Source of the DNA: Chloroflexi bacterium CSP1-4
Lineage (GTDB): Bacteria; Chloroflexota; Limnocylindria; Limnocylindrales; CSP1-4
Assembly: GCA_001443375.1 (NCBI GenBank)
Contig: LDXM01000014.1
Span: forward strand, 42 to 64,041
Length of the DNA: 64,000 nucleotides
Reading direction: 5' to 3'
Positions 30,249-39,448 of the stretch are shown here, in pieces. Position numbers and translations under genes: made by a program. The notes below the pieces were generated by a model. It was given only the letters and a program-made list of their open reading frames with translations, had not been told where the DNA came from and did not search any database. The first letter of the stretch is position 1; each line of letters begins with the position of its first letter.

Positions 30249-31324
30249 GCCGGCCTTGCCAGCTTCAGCGATGGCCGGGCGTCGAGGTCGAGCCCGGCCC
30301 GCTCGCCGGCCAGGAAGCGGCGGTACCCGGCCGCCCCGATCATCGCGCCGTTGTCGGTGCACAGGTCGGGCCGGGGCACGACGAGGCGCGCGCCCAGCGT
30401 TGCCGCGCGCTCGCCCATGGCGGCGCGCAGCGGACCGTTGGCGGCCACGCCCCCGCCGAGCACGATGGTGCGCGCCCCGCAGCGCTGGGCGGCGAGCGCG
30501 GTCTTCGTGGCCAGCACGTCCACGACCGAGTCCTGGAAGCCGGCGGCGATCTCCGCCGCGAGAGCGTCGGGGACCGCCGCACCGTCGTCGGCTGTGCCGC
30601 CGACCTCGGCGATCACCATGCGGCGCACGGCCGTCTTGAGGCCGCTGAAGCTGAAATCGAGGCTGTCGCCGAGCCAGGCGCGCGGCAGGCGCCGGCGATG
30701 GCTGCCGGCGTCCTCGGCGGCACGCTGGATGGCCGGCCCGCCGGGATAGGGCAGCCCGAGCAGGCGCCCGACCTTGTCGAAGGCCTCCCCGGCCGCATCG
30801 TCCACCGTCTGCCCCAGCAGCCGGTACGAGAGGTGGTCGCGCATCTCCACGAGGAACGTGTGGCCGCCGCTGACGACGAGGGCCACGGCCGGGAAGTCTG
30901 GCGCCTCGGCCTCCTCGCCGGGATCGAGCAGCCAGCCGGCGTAGATGTGGCCCTCCAGGTGGTTCACGGCCACGAGGGGCCGGTCGTGGAGGAAGGCGAG
31001 CGTCTTGGCCATGGTCAGCCCGACCAGAAGCGAGCCGGCGAGCCCGGGCCCGAAGGTCACGGCGATGGCGTCGACGTCGCCGGCGTCGTGCAGCCCGGCA
31101 CGTGCGATCGCCTCGTCGAGGACCGGCAGCATCCAACGTAGATGGGCTCGAGCGGCCACTTCCGGCACGATCCCCCCGGTCCGTGCGTGGAGCACCGTCT
31201 GGCTGGCCACGACGCTGGCGAGGATCCGCCGGCCGGCCTCGACGATGGCCACGGCGGTCTCGTCGCAGCTCGATTCGACGGCCAGCAGGCGAAGGCCCGC
31301 CGTTGCCTCAATGGCCATCGTCAT
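30245..31324 (-). CDS. tsaD: tRNA t6A37 threonylcarbamoyltransferase
   Basis: LAVESSCDETA, GGIVPEVAARAH, GPGLAGSL, NHLEGH, VSGGHT, DDAAGEAFDK, FSFSGLKT, CTDNGAMI. Confidence 0.95.
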   Translation of the reverse strand: MTMAIEATAGLRLLAVESSCDETAVAIVEAGRRILASVVASQTVLHARTGGIVPEVAARAHLRWMLPVLDEAIARAGLHDAGDVDAIAVTFGPGLAGSLLVGLTMAKTLAFLHDRPLVAVNHLEGHIYAGWLLDPGEEAEAPDFPAVALVVSGGHTFLVEMRDHLSYRLLGQTVDDAAGEAFDKVGRLLGLPYPGGPAIQRAAEDAGSHRRRLPRAWLGDSLDFSFSGLKTAVRRMVIAEVGGTADDGAAVPDALAAEIAAGFQDSVVDVLATKTALAAQRCGARTIVLGGGVAANGPLRAAMGERAATLGARLVVPRPDLCTDNGAMIGAAGYRRFLAGERAGLDLDARPSLKLARPA

Positions 31325-31874
31325 CGGGCGTCCAGGACGACCCGGACGGCTCACCGGCCGGCTCGACCTCGGCGCGGAGACGCTCAAGGCGCGCGCGCAT
31401 GGAGGGCGTCCTGAACTCCTCGGAGGTCATGATCAGCGCGTCCTCGGCGTTGTCCGAGTAGTAGCGCGGGCGCACGCCGACGGGCATGAAGCCGAAACGC
31501 TCGTAGAGATGGCGCGCTTCGATGTTCGAGAGACGCACCTCCAGGGTGGCCACCGTGGCGCCCAGCTCGACGGCCAGGTCGAGCAGGGCCAGCAGGAGCC
31601 GGGCACCGATGCCCTGCCGCCGCCACGCCGGCAGGACGGCGAAGGTCGTGATGTGCGCCTCGTCCACCATCAGCCAGATGCCGCCGTAGCCGACCGCCTC
31701 GCCCCCGGCGCGCGCCACGAGGTAGCGGGCCAGCCGGTTCGTCTCGAGCTCCTGGCGGAAGGCGTAGGCCGGCCACGGCACGGGGAAGCTGGCGCGCTCG
31801 ATCTCGTGCACGTCGGGGATGTCTTCGACGCGCATGGCGGCGATGCGCACCCTCAGCGGAGGTCGGGCGACCAC
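31308..31874 (-). CDS. rimI: Ribosomal protein S18 alanine N-acetyltransferase (GNAT)
   Basis: IERASFPVPW, EAHITTFAV..RRQGIG, TLEVRLSN..A..LY..FGF..RPRYYSDNAEDALIM. Confidence 0.92.
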   Translation of the reverse strand: MVARPPLRVRIAAMRVEDIPDVHEIERASFPVPWPAYAFRQELETNRLARYLVARAGGEAVGYGGIWLMVDEAHITTFAVLPAWRRQGIGARLLLALLDLAVELGATVATLEVRLSNIEARHLYERFGFMPVGVRPRYYSDNAEDALIMTSEEFRTPSMRARLERLRAEVEPAGEPSGSSWTPDDDGH

Positions 31875-32572
31875 GCGGCTCCTCCCCCGGCCGCCGCGAC
31901 CCCGCGCGGCAGGGTGACGTACGTCGGAACCAGCTCGTCGGCGCGCTCGCCACGACCCCTGGCCAGCGCGCGGGCGCCGAGGCGGAGCAGGGCTGCTCCC
32001 AGCCCCGCCAGCGCGGCCCGGCCGAGCGCCACATCGGGCGCGACGGCGTGCGCATCGGCCAGGTCGACGGGGACCAGGCGGGCCCCGGCCGCGATCGCGT
32101 CGGCGACGGCCTGCCCCACGTCCGCGGGGGCCAGCAGGCGCGGCGGTTCGATGGCGCGGGCCGTGCCGTCCCGCGCGACACGGACGAGCGCGAGGTAGCG
32201 GTCCGAGGGCCCGGCCGGCAGGAGCACCAGGGCATCGCCCCCCTGCCCGGCGAGCGCAGCAGCCGCCAGCGCGTCGGTCGTGGCGATGCCCGCGATCGGG
32301 ATGCCCAGCCCGTGGGCCAGCGTCTTGGCGGTGGCCAGCCCGACGCGCAGGCCGGTGAAGCCGCCGGGGCCGGTGCCGGCCACGATGCCGGCCAGATCCG
32401 CCGGCGCGACGGCGGCGCCGGCGAGCAGCTCCCGCAGCGCGGGCAGCAGCGTCTCGGCGTGCGTGTGACCGACCGGCCAATCGTGCCCGACGATGAGCCG
32501 CCCGTCCGGCGTACCCAGTGTCACGGTGGCCTGTCGCGTGGCGGTGTCGATGGCGAGCAGCCACCCGCTCAT
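31853..32572 (-). CDS. tsaB: tRNA t6A biosynthesis protein TsaB
   Basis: LLAIDTAT, HAETLLP, GTGPGGFTGLRVG, LVPTY; between tsaE and rimI. Confidence 0.9.
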   Translation of the reverse strand: MSGWLLAIDTATRQATVTLGTPDGRLIVGHDWPVGHTHAETLLPALRELLAGAAVAPADLAGIVAGTGPGGFTGLRVGLATAKTLAHGLGIPIAGIATTDALAAAALAGQGGDALVLLPAGPSDRYLALVRVARDGTARAIEPPRLLAPADVGQAVADAIAAGARLVPVDLADAHAVAPDVALGRAALAGLGAALLRLGARALARGRGERADELVPTYVTLPRGVAAAGGGAAWSPDLR

Positions 32573-33063
32573 GCCGGCGCTCCGGCCGCCACAGCGTCGA
32601 GGAAGCGCTCATGGCGGGACGAGCCGGCGCGGATCTCGATCGTGCGCGTCTCGTCAGCCTCCACCGCGATGCGCACCTCGAGCCGGCCGGGATCGACCTC
32701 GGCGCCCATCCGGTCGGCCCACTCGATGAGCGTGACCCCCTGCGCCTCGCGCTCGTCGAGGAGGCCGCCATCGATGGCCTCGGCGGCGCCGCTGAGCCGG
32801 TAGAGGTCGAGGTGGTACAGCGGCAACCGGCCGGCATACTCGGCCATCAGCGTGAACGAGGGGCTATTGACGGTCTCGGTCACGCCGAGGCCGGCGGCGA
32901 AACCCTTGGCGAACTCGGTCTTGCCCGCGCCGAGCGGTCCCAGCAGGGCCAACCGGTCGCCGGGTTCGGCCACCTCCGCGAGCCGAGCCGCCAGGGCCCG
33001 CGTCGCGGCCGCCGAACCGGTCTGGACGACGACCCGGCGGGTCCCGGGCTGGAAGCCGGTCAC
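32569..33063 (-). CDS. tsaE: tRNA t6A biosynthesis ATPase TsaE
   Basis: GPLGAGKT, VNSPSFTL, YHLDLYRL, LIEWAD. Confidence 0.93.
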   Translation of the reverse strand: MTGFQPGTRRVVVQTGSAAATRALAARLAEVAEPGDRLALLGPLGAGKTEFAKGFAAGLGVTETVNSPSFTLMAEYAGRLPLYHLDLYRLSGAAEAIDGGLLDEREAQGVTLIEWADRMGAEVDPGRLEVRIAVEADETRTIEIRAGSSRHERFLDAVAAGAPA

Positions 33064-34121
33064 GGTCCCGTCCGCTCCAGGTCGGCCAGCGGGACGAGCC
33101 GCTCTTCGGGCGGCTGACCGGGTCCGCCGGCCTCGAGCGCCACGCGGGCCACCGGCCCCAGCACGCCGGCCGGCAGGCGACGCCGCCCGACGACCTCGAG
33201 GAGGCGCCCGATCCGGCCCAGCCCTTCGCCGGCCGCGACCCGGACCCGGTCCCGCGGCTCGGCCGCGACGGCGGCGGCGACGTCGAGCAGGGCGAACGAT
33301 GGGTCGGCGCTGATGCCCACGTCGCGGCCCTCCGCGGCCACCAGGGCAGCCCATGCCCCGGGCGGGATGGGCCGCTTGCCGAAGCCGTCGAGGACGAGCA
33401 GCGCAAAGGGCGGGCTGGTGTGGAGGGCCGCTCGTTGCCGGGCCTCCGAGGCAGCGAACGAGCGGAGGTCGCGCCCGACCACGCCGCCGACGATGACGCC
33501 GCGGACGCCCATGGCGCGGGCGCGGGTCAGGGCCTCGACGTCGATGCGCGCACCGGCGACGAGGATCGCACCCGCGGCGCCGACGTCGACGGCGGCGACC
33601 GGCAGCTCGTCGTCGGGGCGCCGCACGGCCACCACGAGCCGCCCGACGGTGGCCTCGCCGGCGGTCAGGGTGCCCGGCAGCCCGATGCCATCGGCCCGTA
33701 TGACGATCGCCGCGGGACCGACCGACTCGACCACGCCCGCCGTCGGCGTCCCGACCTGCTCCGCGTGGCGCCCCACGGCGACCCGCAGCAGCCCGGAGGG
33801 CGTCGTATAGAGGACGCGGCCGCTGCCGGCGAAGCGTACGGCGCGGCGGCCGCGGCCGGCGACCGGAACGCCCGCCTCCACGGCGGTCCCCGGCTCGGGG
33901 GCCGCGGAGCCTCCGAGGCGGGCCCAGGCGACGGCGCCGTCGCGTCGTCGCTCGGCGACCGGATCCCCCGCCGCGACGCGCTGCCCGATGGCGACGAGGG
34001 GCACGTCCCCGGCGCCGAGCCGGAGCCGAACGCGCGGCTCCACGACCGGCCCGACGGCGCCAACCACGCGCGCGCCGGCGTCAGCGCCGGCCGAGACGGG
34101 CATGGACGCGCTGCCACTCAC
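33060..34121 (-). CDS. Uncharacterised protein with barrel-sandwich-hybrid-like N-terminus and KOW-like C-terminus
   Basis: GTGA overlaps on both sides; LVAIGQRVAAGDPVA, TPTAGVVESV, GVRGVIVGG, LDGFG, DRVRVAAGEGLGRIG. Confidence 0.7.
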   Translation of the reverse strand: MSGSASMPVSAGADAGARVVGAVGPVVEPRVRLRLGAGDVPLVAIGQRVAAGDPVAERRRDGAVAWARLGGSAAPEPGTAVEAGVPVAGRGRRAVRFAGSGRVLYTTPSGLLRVAVGRHAEQVGTPTAGVVESVGPAAIVIRADGIGLPGTLTAGEATVGRLVVAVRRPDDELPVAAVDVGAAGAILVAGARIDVEALTRARAMGVRGVIVGGVVGRDLRSFAASEARQRAALHTSPPFALLVLDGFGKRPIPPGAWAALVAAEGRDVGISADPSFALLDVAAAVAAEPRDRVRVAAGEGLGRIGRLLEVVGRRRLPAGVLGPVARVALEAGGPGQPPEERLVPLADLERTGP

Positions 34122-35752
34122 GTGTCGGCGCCCGCCCAGAGCGGTCGCTGCCAGGCGTCGAGCAGGTCGCGCCGGCGCTCCGGCCGTTCGGGGAGCCGCA
34201 GCGGGATCTCGCGGGTGTCCACGACCAGCCCGCCCAGGCCGCCCGCCACCGGCAGCGCGAAGTGATGGGCGCGGACACCGAGCCAGAGCCCGTCGCGCGT
34301 CGTCAGCTCGGCCGTCGCCGCCACGCCCGGCGGCAGGTCCACGAGCTGGACGCCCCCCGGCACGAGCTCGATGCGCATATCGGCCCCGTCCTCGCTCGTG
34401 ATGCGCACCGTCCCCCGGTGGCGGCCCGCGTGCAGGCCGGCCGCGACGATCGCGCTGCCGAGGGGCGCGAGCACGTCCCCGAGGAGGTCTGCCAGCAGTC
34501 GTCGCCGGTCCGCCTCGTCCGCCAGCCCGCCGATCGGCGCCAGCACGCGCGCGTGGTCGTGGGCGAGGGTCATGCCGCCCGGCCGGCGCAGCGTGTCCAC
34601 CAGCGCCAGCGCCACGGCCGGTGCGGGCGCCACGGCGAACGCGCCCCCGCTGGCCACGAGCAGATCCGTGCCGTAGCTTGCCGGACGATCCTCCGCGTCG
34701 TCGGGCAAGCGCCAGGCAGCGTCGAGGCGGGCCAAGGCTGCGCGTGCCGCGGCCAGCCGCAGTCGAGCGCCGTCGCCGGCCGCGTCCCGCCAGGGTGCGA
34801 TGGCGAGGTTGCGCACGCGGTCGCGCATCGACGCCGCGTCGGCGCGGATGGTCGACCACTGGAGCACGCCGTCGGCGCGCCGATCGTCCTCGATGACATC
34901 GGGCGGGGTGAGCGCCCCCTCCGCACTCACGATCGCGCCGCGCACGCCCCCGGGCCCGACCAGGACGCGCAGGCCGGCCGTCGCCCCGACATCCACGAGC
35001 TCCACGCGGCGATCGAGCACGGCGGCCAGGCTCGCCGTGGCCGTGACAAGCGCGCGCCGGCCATCCGGGAAACCGGCGGCGGGGCCGCCCGCGCCGGCGA
35101 TCAGCGCCTGGTCGAGCGCGACCAGGAGGTCGCGCAGCGGGTCCGCACCCGCGTGCGGGTGCGGCAGGGGCGCCGGGCCGAGCACGACGCGCGCCGCGGG
35201 GAAGCGCTGCATGACCCCGGCGGCGCCCCCGGCGAGCACGAGCGTCGGCTCATCGTCGCGCCGTCCCAGGGCCGCGGCCACGAGCGCCACGAGGTCCGCC
35301 AGCGCGTCGCGCTCCTCGGCCGGTACGGGGTCCGCCGTAGCCACCACGAGCAACTCGACGTCCGGATCGAGGCACCGCTCGGTGGCGGCGAGGGCGTCCG
35401 TCCGCTCGGGGCTGATGCGGCCGACGACGCGCCATCCGGCCGCCGCGACCGCGGCCTCGGCCGCACCGAGGCCAGCCTCGGACGCCGCCGCCACGAGGGC
35501 GCGCGGCGGGCGGTGAGTGGCCGACTCCAGGCGCCGCCAGTCGCTCCAGGTCGTGGGGTCGGGCAGCACGTCGGGCTCGATGGCGGCGACCTCCGCCACG
35601 AGGCCGGCGAGGAGCCCGTCGGCGGAGATGCCGGCCGGCTGGGCGCCCGCGGCGAGGAGGCGGAAGCGGCCATCGAGCTGACCGATGATCGCGGCCGCCG
35701 TCGTGGCCGTGCCGTGATCGATGGTGAAGAAGGCGATGGGTCGCGCGGTCAC
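34118..35752 (-). CDS. GlmL/MutL(glutamate mutase L)-like ASKHA-fold protein
   Basis: N-terminal FTIDHGTATT, second motif LVDVGATA, DLLVASGGAF, C-terminal GGLVVDTREIPL. Confidence 0.65.
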   Translation of the reverse strand: MTARPIAFFTIDHGTATTAAAIIGQLDGRFRLLAAGAQPAGISADGLLAGLVAEVAAIEPDVLPDPTTWSDWRRLESATHRPPRALVAAASEAGLGAAEAAVAAAGWRVVGRISPERTDALAATERCLDPDVELLVVATADPVPAEERDALADLVALVAAALGRRDDEPTLVLAGGAAGVMQRFPAARVVLGPAPLPHPHAGADPLRDLLVALDQALIAGAGGPAAGFPDGRRALVTATASLAAVLDRRVELVDVGATAGLRVLVGPGGVRGAIVSAEGALTPPDVIEDDRRADGVLQWSTIRADAASMRDRVRNLAIAPWRDAAGDGARLRLAAARAALARLDAAWRLPDDAEDRPASYGTDLLVASGGAFAVAPAPAVALALVDTLRRPGGMTLAHDHARVLAPIGGLADEADRRRLLADLLGDVLAPLGSAIVAAGLHAGRHRGTVRITSEDGADMRIELVPGGVQLVDLPPGVAATAELTTRDGLWLGVRAHHFALPVAGGLGGLVVDTREIPLRLPERPERRRDLLDAWQRPLWAGADT

Positions 35753-35831
35753 CGCTGAATCCTGACACGCCGGGAGCGGCCGCGTGGGCGGCGCGCGGAA
35801 GAGCGGGGCTCAGCCCCCGACCGGTGTCCCT

Positions 35832-36128
35832 TCAGGCGTCCCAGCGCCCCTCGTCATCGAGCTCCTCGAGGCGCTCCAGCAGCCGCTCGATGCCACTGTC
35901 GTCGGCGAGGAGGTGCTGGACGCCGTCCAGCTCCCCGCCGAACACGCCACGCAGCACGGGATCGAAGAAGAGCATCGCCTGACTGCCGAGCGGCCGGTAC
36001 GGGCGGCTGGCCTCGAGGAACATCATGGCCGGGCCGGTCATGCCGCGCAGCTGGATCTCGCGGGCGACGCTCTCGACGAGCTCGTCGCTCGCCTCCGGGT
36101 AGGGCGCGTAGTAACGCGATCCGGTCAT
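35832..36128 (-). CDS. Small conserved-looking hypothetical protein
   Basis: ATGA overlap with macrodomain gene; strong GC3 codon bias; helical sequence AMMFLEASRPYRPLGSQAMLFFDPVL. Confidence 0.7.
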   Translation of the reverse strand: MTGSRYYAPYPEASDELVESVAREIQLRGMTGPAMMFLEASRPYRPLGSQAMLFFDPVLRGVFGGELDGVQHLLADDSGIERLLERLEELDDEGRWDA

Positions 36129-36664
36129 CTCACGGGCCTCACGGCGAGCGCGACGGGTTCGCTGGCCGCGGCCAAGGCGGCCTGGAAGGCCGCGTACGGG
36201 GCGGCGCCCCGCAAGGCGAAGATGACGCGGGCGACCGTCGAGTCACGGGCCAGCTCCTCGCGCACGGCGCGCACGGTGATCTCAGCGGCCTCGTCGAGCG
36301 GGAACCCGCCGACCCCGGTGCCGAGGGCCGGGAAGGCGACCGTCTCGCAGCCGAGCCGGCCGGCCTCGCGCATCGCCGAGCGGGTGGCTCCTTCGATGGC
36401 GGCGGCGCTGGTGCGCCGGTCCGGACCGAGCGAGACGGCGTGGATCAGGTAGCGGCAGGCGAGCCTCCCAGCGCCGGTGACGACGGCCGAGCCGAGCGGG
36501 ACGGGACCCAGGCGGACAGCCTCGAACTCGACGCCGTCGCCGCCGCGGTGCTTGATGGCGCCGCCGACGCCCGTGGACATCCAGAGCGAGGTCGTCGCCG
36601 CGTTGACGATGGCGTCGACCTCGAGGTCGCAGATGTCGCCGTGCCAGAGCTGGATTTCGCCCAC
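36125..36664 (-). CDS. Macro domain protein (ADP-ribose binding/hydrolase, YmdB/Appr-1-p family)
   Basis: GDIC..VDAIVNAA, GVGGAIK, AVVTGAGRL, IHAV, VAFPALGTGVGGFP. Confidence 0.92.
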   Translation of the reverse strand: MGEIQLWHGDICDLEVDAIVNAATTSLWMSTGVGGAIKHRGGDGVEFEAVRLGPVPLGSAVVTGAGRLACRYLIHAVSLGPDRRTSAAAIEGATRSAMREAGRLGCETVAFPALGTGVGGFPLDEAAEITVRAVREELARDSTVARVIFALRGAAPYAAFQAALAAASEPVALAVRPVR

Positions 36665-36683
36665 CGGGTCTCGGAGTCCCCTC

Positions 36684-37922
36684 CTAGCGCGTCAAGGACT
36701 CCCCGGCGAGCGTGCGATGGCCGGAAAGTCCTGCCCCGGCATGGTACACCCGGGGTACCCGATATGCCATCGAAGCGAGGACTTCCCACGAGATCGTGGT
36801 GCGGAGACGCGCCAGCTCCGTGGCCGTGACGACCTCCGCCTCCTGGCGGCCGAGGAGCACGAACTCGTCCTCCGGTCCCACACCGGGCACGTCGGTGACG
36901 TCGGCCACGACGGCATCCATGGCCACGCTGCCCACGAGCGGGGCGCGGCGACCTCGCACCAGCGCCGAGGCCCCCCGGTAGGCGCGCACCCACCCGTCGC
37001 CGTAGCCGAGCGGCAGGGTGGCGGCCATGGAGGGTCGTTCGGCGGTCCACAGGCCGCCGTAACCCACGCGCTCGCCCGGCTCCAGGCGCTCCACGCGCAA
37101 CGGTCTGGCCTTGAGGGTCATGGCCGGGCGCAGCGCGCCCGCCGCGACGGCCCGGTCGGGCGCGATCGGGAATCCGTCGGGCAGCTCACCGTAGAGGGCC
37201 AGCCCCGGCCGAACCAGGTCGCCGAAGGGCGCCGTGGCGGCGAAGAGGGCCCCCGTCGCCGCGATGTGCCGGGCCGGGAGCGGCAGCCCGGTGCCGATCA
37301 AGGCCGCTTCGGCGGCCCTGAAGCGTTCCATCTGCGCCGCGGAGACGTCCGCGTCGTGGGAGCTGGACAGGTGCGACCAGAGGCCGGCCAGCTCGGCCCT
37401 GGGCGCCTCGACGATGGTGCGCGCGGCGGCGGCCACGCGGTCGGGGCGCAGGCCGGCCCGGGCCAGGCCCGTCTCGACCTCGAGGTGGATGCGCAGCCGG
37501 GCGCGACCAGCCCCTCCCGCAGCCCGCTCCCGCCAGGCCGCGAGCGTGTCCCGCAGCGCCCCCTCCTCGGCGGCCACGAGCTCCACGTGTGCGGCCGCGG
37601 CGACCGAGACCGACTCCGGCGGGACGGTGTAGAGGACGAGGATCGGCGTTTCCAGGCCCGTTTCGCGTAGCGCGAGGGCCTCATCGAGCGAGGCCACGCA
37701 CAGGAGGTCGGCGCCGGCCGCGGCGAACGTGCGCGCCGTCACCTGCAGGCCGTGGCCGTAGCCGTCGGCCTTCACCACGGCGGCCAGGCGCACCCCCGCC
37801 GGCAGGAGGGCGCGGATGGCGCGCAGGTTGCCGGCCAGGGCGTCGGTGTCGATCTCGAGCCAAGCCAGCCGGGGCAGCGGGGGCAGGCCCGCCGCCGCCA
37901 GGCGCGCCTCGATGCCGCTCAG
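36684..37922 (-). CDS. alr: Alanine racemase (apparent CTG start at 37922)
   Basis: PLP-Lys motif AVVKADGYGHG, ETGLARAG, VRPGLALYG, GYGDG, GSVAMD; conserved N-terminal strand AWLEIDTDALAGNL lies upstream of the first GTG (37793). Confidence 0.92.
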   Translation of the reverse strand: MSGIEARLAAAGLPPLPRLAWLEIDTDALAGNLRAIRALLPAGVRLAAVVKADGYGHGLQVTARTFAAAGADLLCVASLDEALALRETGLETPILVLYTVPPESVSVAAAAHVELVAAEEGALRDTLAAWRERAAGGAGRARLRIHLEVETGLARAGLRPDRVAAAARTIVEAPRAELAGLWSHLSSSHDADVSAAQMERFRAAEAALIGTGLPLPARHIAATGALFAATAPFGDLVRPGLALYGELPDGFPIAPDRAVAAGALRPAMTLKARPLRVERLEPGERVGYGGLWTAERPSMAATLPLGYGDGWVRAYRGASALVRGRRAPLVGSVAMDAVVADVTDVPGVGPEDEFVLLGRQEAEVVTATELARLRTTISWEVLASMAYRVPRVYHAGAGLSGHRTLAGESLTR

Positions 37923-38923
37923 GCCCCGCCCTCCCCGACGCCGAAGCCGAGCCGCCGGCCGCCGCGTTCGCGCTCGCGCATCGCGGCGAGACGCTTGCGC
38001 ACCCGGGCGATCTCCTCGGGCAGGTCGGAGGCGATGAGCCCGGCATCGCCCAATCGCTCGCGCAGGACCTCGCCGGCCGCGCCGTGGAGATGGACGCCGA
38101 GGCGTGCAGCCGCGAGTGGCTCCAGGCCCTGAGCCAGCAGCGCGCCGATCACACCCGCCAGCACGTCACCGGTGCCGGCCGTGCCCAGGGCGGGATTGAC
38201 GAAGGGAGCCACGACCGCGCCCGGCTCGCCCCCCGCGATGACGGTGTGGGCGCCCTTCAGCACCACGACCTGGCCCCAGGCCTCGGCGGCCCGCCGGGCG
38301 ACGGCGATGCGGGCCTCGTCGTCGGCGACGAGGTCGTCGGGCGCTCCGACCTCGAACGGCAGACCGCCGGCCGCCATGAGCTTGGCCAGCTCGCCCACGT
38401 GCGGGGTCAGGACGCACGGCCGTCTCACCTGGTCCCACCATCGCTCGACCGTGGCCAGCGAGTTCAGCCCCTCGGCATCGACGACGGCGGGCGCCCGCTC
38501 GCCCTCGGCAGCGAGGAAGTCGAGCACGAGGTCCACCGTGGCCAGGCCCGGGCGCAGGCCCGGACCGACGACCGCAGCATCGTGATCGAGGTCGAGCAGC
38601 CGGTCGAGCGCGGCCTCGACGTCGACCTCGCCTTCGACGTCCGTCTCCGGAAGGCCGATCGTCGTCGCCTCCACGACCCACCCCGCGACGAGCGGTTGCA
38701 GGGTCTCGGGGACGGCGAGGCGCACCAGGCCGGCCCCGGCGCGGTAGGCCGCCTGCGCCACGAGCAGCGCCGCCCCGAGGTAGTCGAGCGAGCCGGCCAG
38801 CACGAGGAGCTTGCCGTGCGTGCCCTTGTGACCGCGGGGATCGCGCTCGGGCAGCAGCCGGGCGGCCTGCGCGTCGTCCATCTCGCGAACACCCTGGGGC
38901 CAGGCGGTCCCGCCGCTCGGCAT
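37919..38923 (-). CDS. nnrD: ADP-dependent NAD(P)H-hydrate dehydratase (stand-alone, no epimerase domain)
   Basis: GHKGTHG, GAALL..AYRAGAGLV, VGPGL, VVDAEGL, LTPHVGE, VLKGAHT, GTAGTGDVLAG. Confidence 0.93.
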   Translation of the reverse strand: MPSGGTAWPQGVREMDDAQAARLLPERDPRGHKGTHGKLLVLAGSLDYLGAALLVAQAAYRAGAGLVRLAVPETLQPLVAGWVVEATTIGLPETDVEGEVDVEAALDRLLDLDHDAAVVGPGLRPGLATVDLVLDFLAAEGERAPAVVDAEGLNSLATVERWWDQVRRPCVLTPHVGELAKLMAAGGLPFEVGAPDDLVADDEARIAVARRAAEAWGQVVVLKGAHTVIAGGEPGAVVAPFVNPALGTAGTGDVLAGVIGALLAQGLEPLAAARLGVHLHGAAGEVLRERLGDAGLIASDLPEEIARVRKRLAAMRERERGGRRLGFGVGEGGA

Positions 38924-39444
38924 CAGGCGTCCTCCGATCGGTGACTGGCTGCGTCGAGCGCGCGCAGCCGCTCCAGGCGGGCCATGATGCGCCGCTCGCG
39001 ATCGTCGAGGCGGGCGTCGATGTCCACGGGGAAGACATAGGCACCGCCCGCGGCTCGCACGCCGAACGCCACGGCCACCGCATAGTCACGCTCGTGGCTG
39101 ATCGAGACGGCGATGCGCACCATGCCCAGCTGGTCGGCGCGGCGCCGCGCGCGTCCGCCCAGGCGGACCGAGGGCTGGCCGGTCGGCAGGCGCACGATCT
39201 CGATCTCGCGCCAGCCGACGCCACGGACACCGAGCCCGAGCACCTTGCTGATGGCCTCCTTGGCCGCCCAGCGGCCCGCGAAGGTCTCCGGCCGATCGCG
39301 GACGTAGGCCGCCTCGGCCGGTGTGAGGACGCGGCTCGAGAAGCGCGATCCGAAGCGCTCCAGGGTCGCCCGGATGCGTTCGACCTTGATGATGTCGATG
39401 CCGAGCTCGGTCGTCCCCTCGGGGACGGCGGGAACGCCGGCCAC
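38923..39444 (-). CDS. acpS: Holo-[acyl-carrier-protein] synthase
   Basis: LGIDII, FAGRWAAKEAISK, GQP, VSISHE. Confidence 0.93.
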   Translation of the reverse strand: MAGVPAVPEGTTELGIDIIKVERIRATLERFGSRFSSRVLTPAEAAYVRDRPETFAGRWAAKEAISKVLGLGVRGVGWREIEIVRLPTGQPSVRLGGRARRRADQLGMVRIAVSISHERDYAVAVAFGVRAAGGAYVFPVDIDARLDDRERRIMARLERLRALDAASHRSEDA

Positions 39445-39448
39445 GGCG

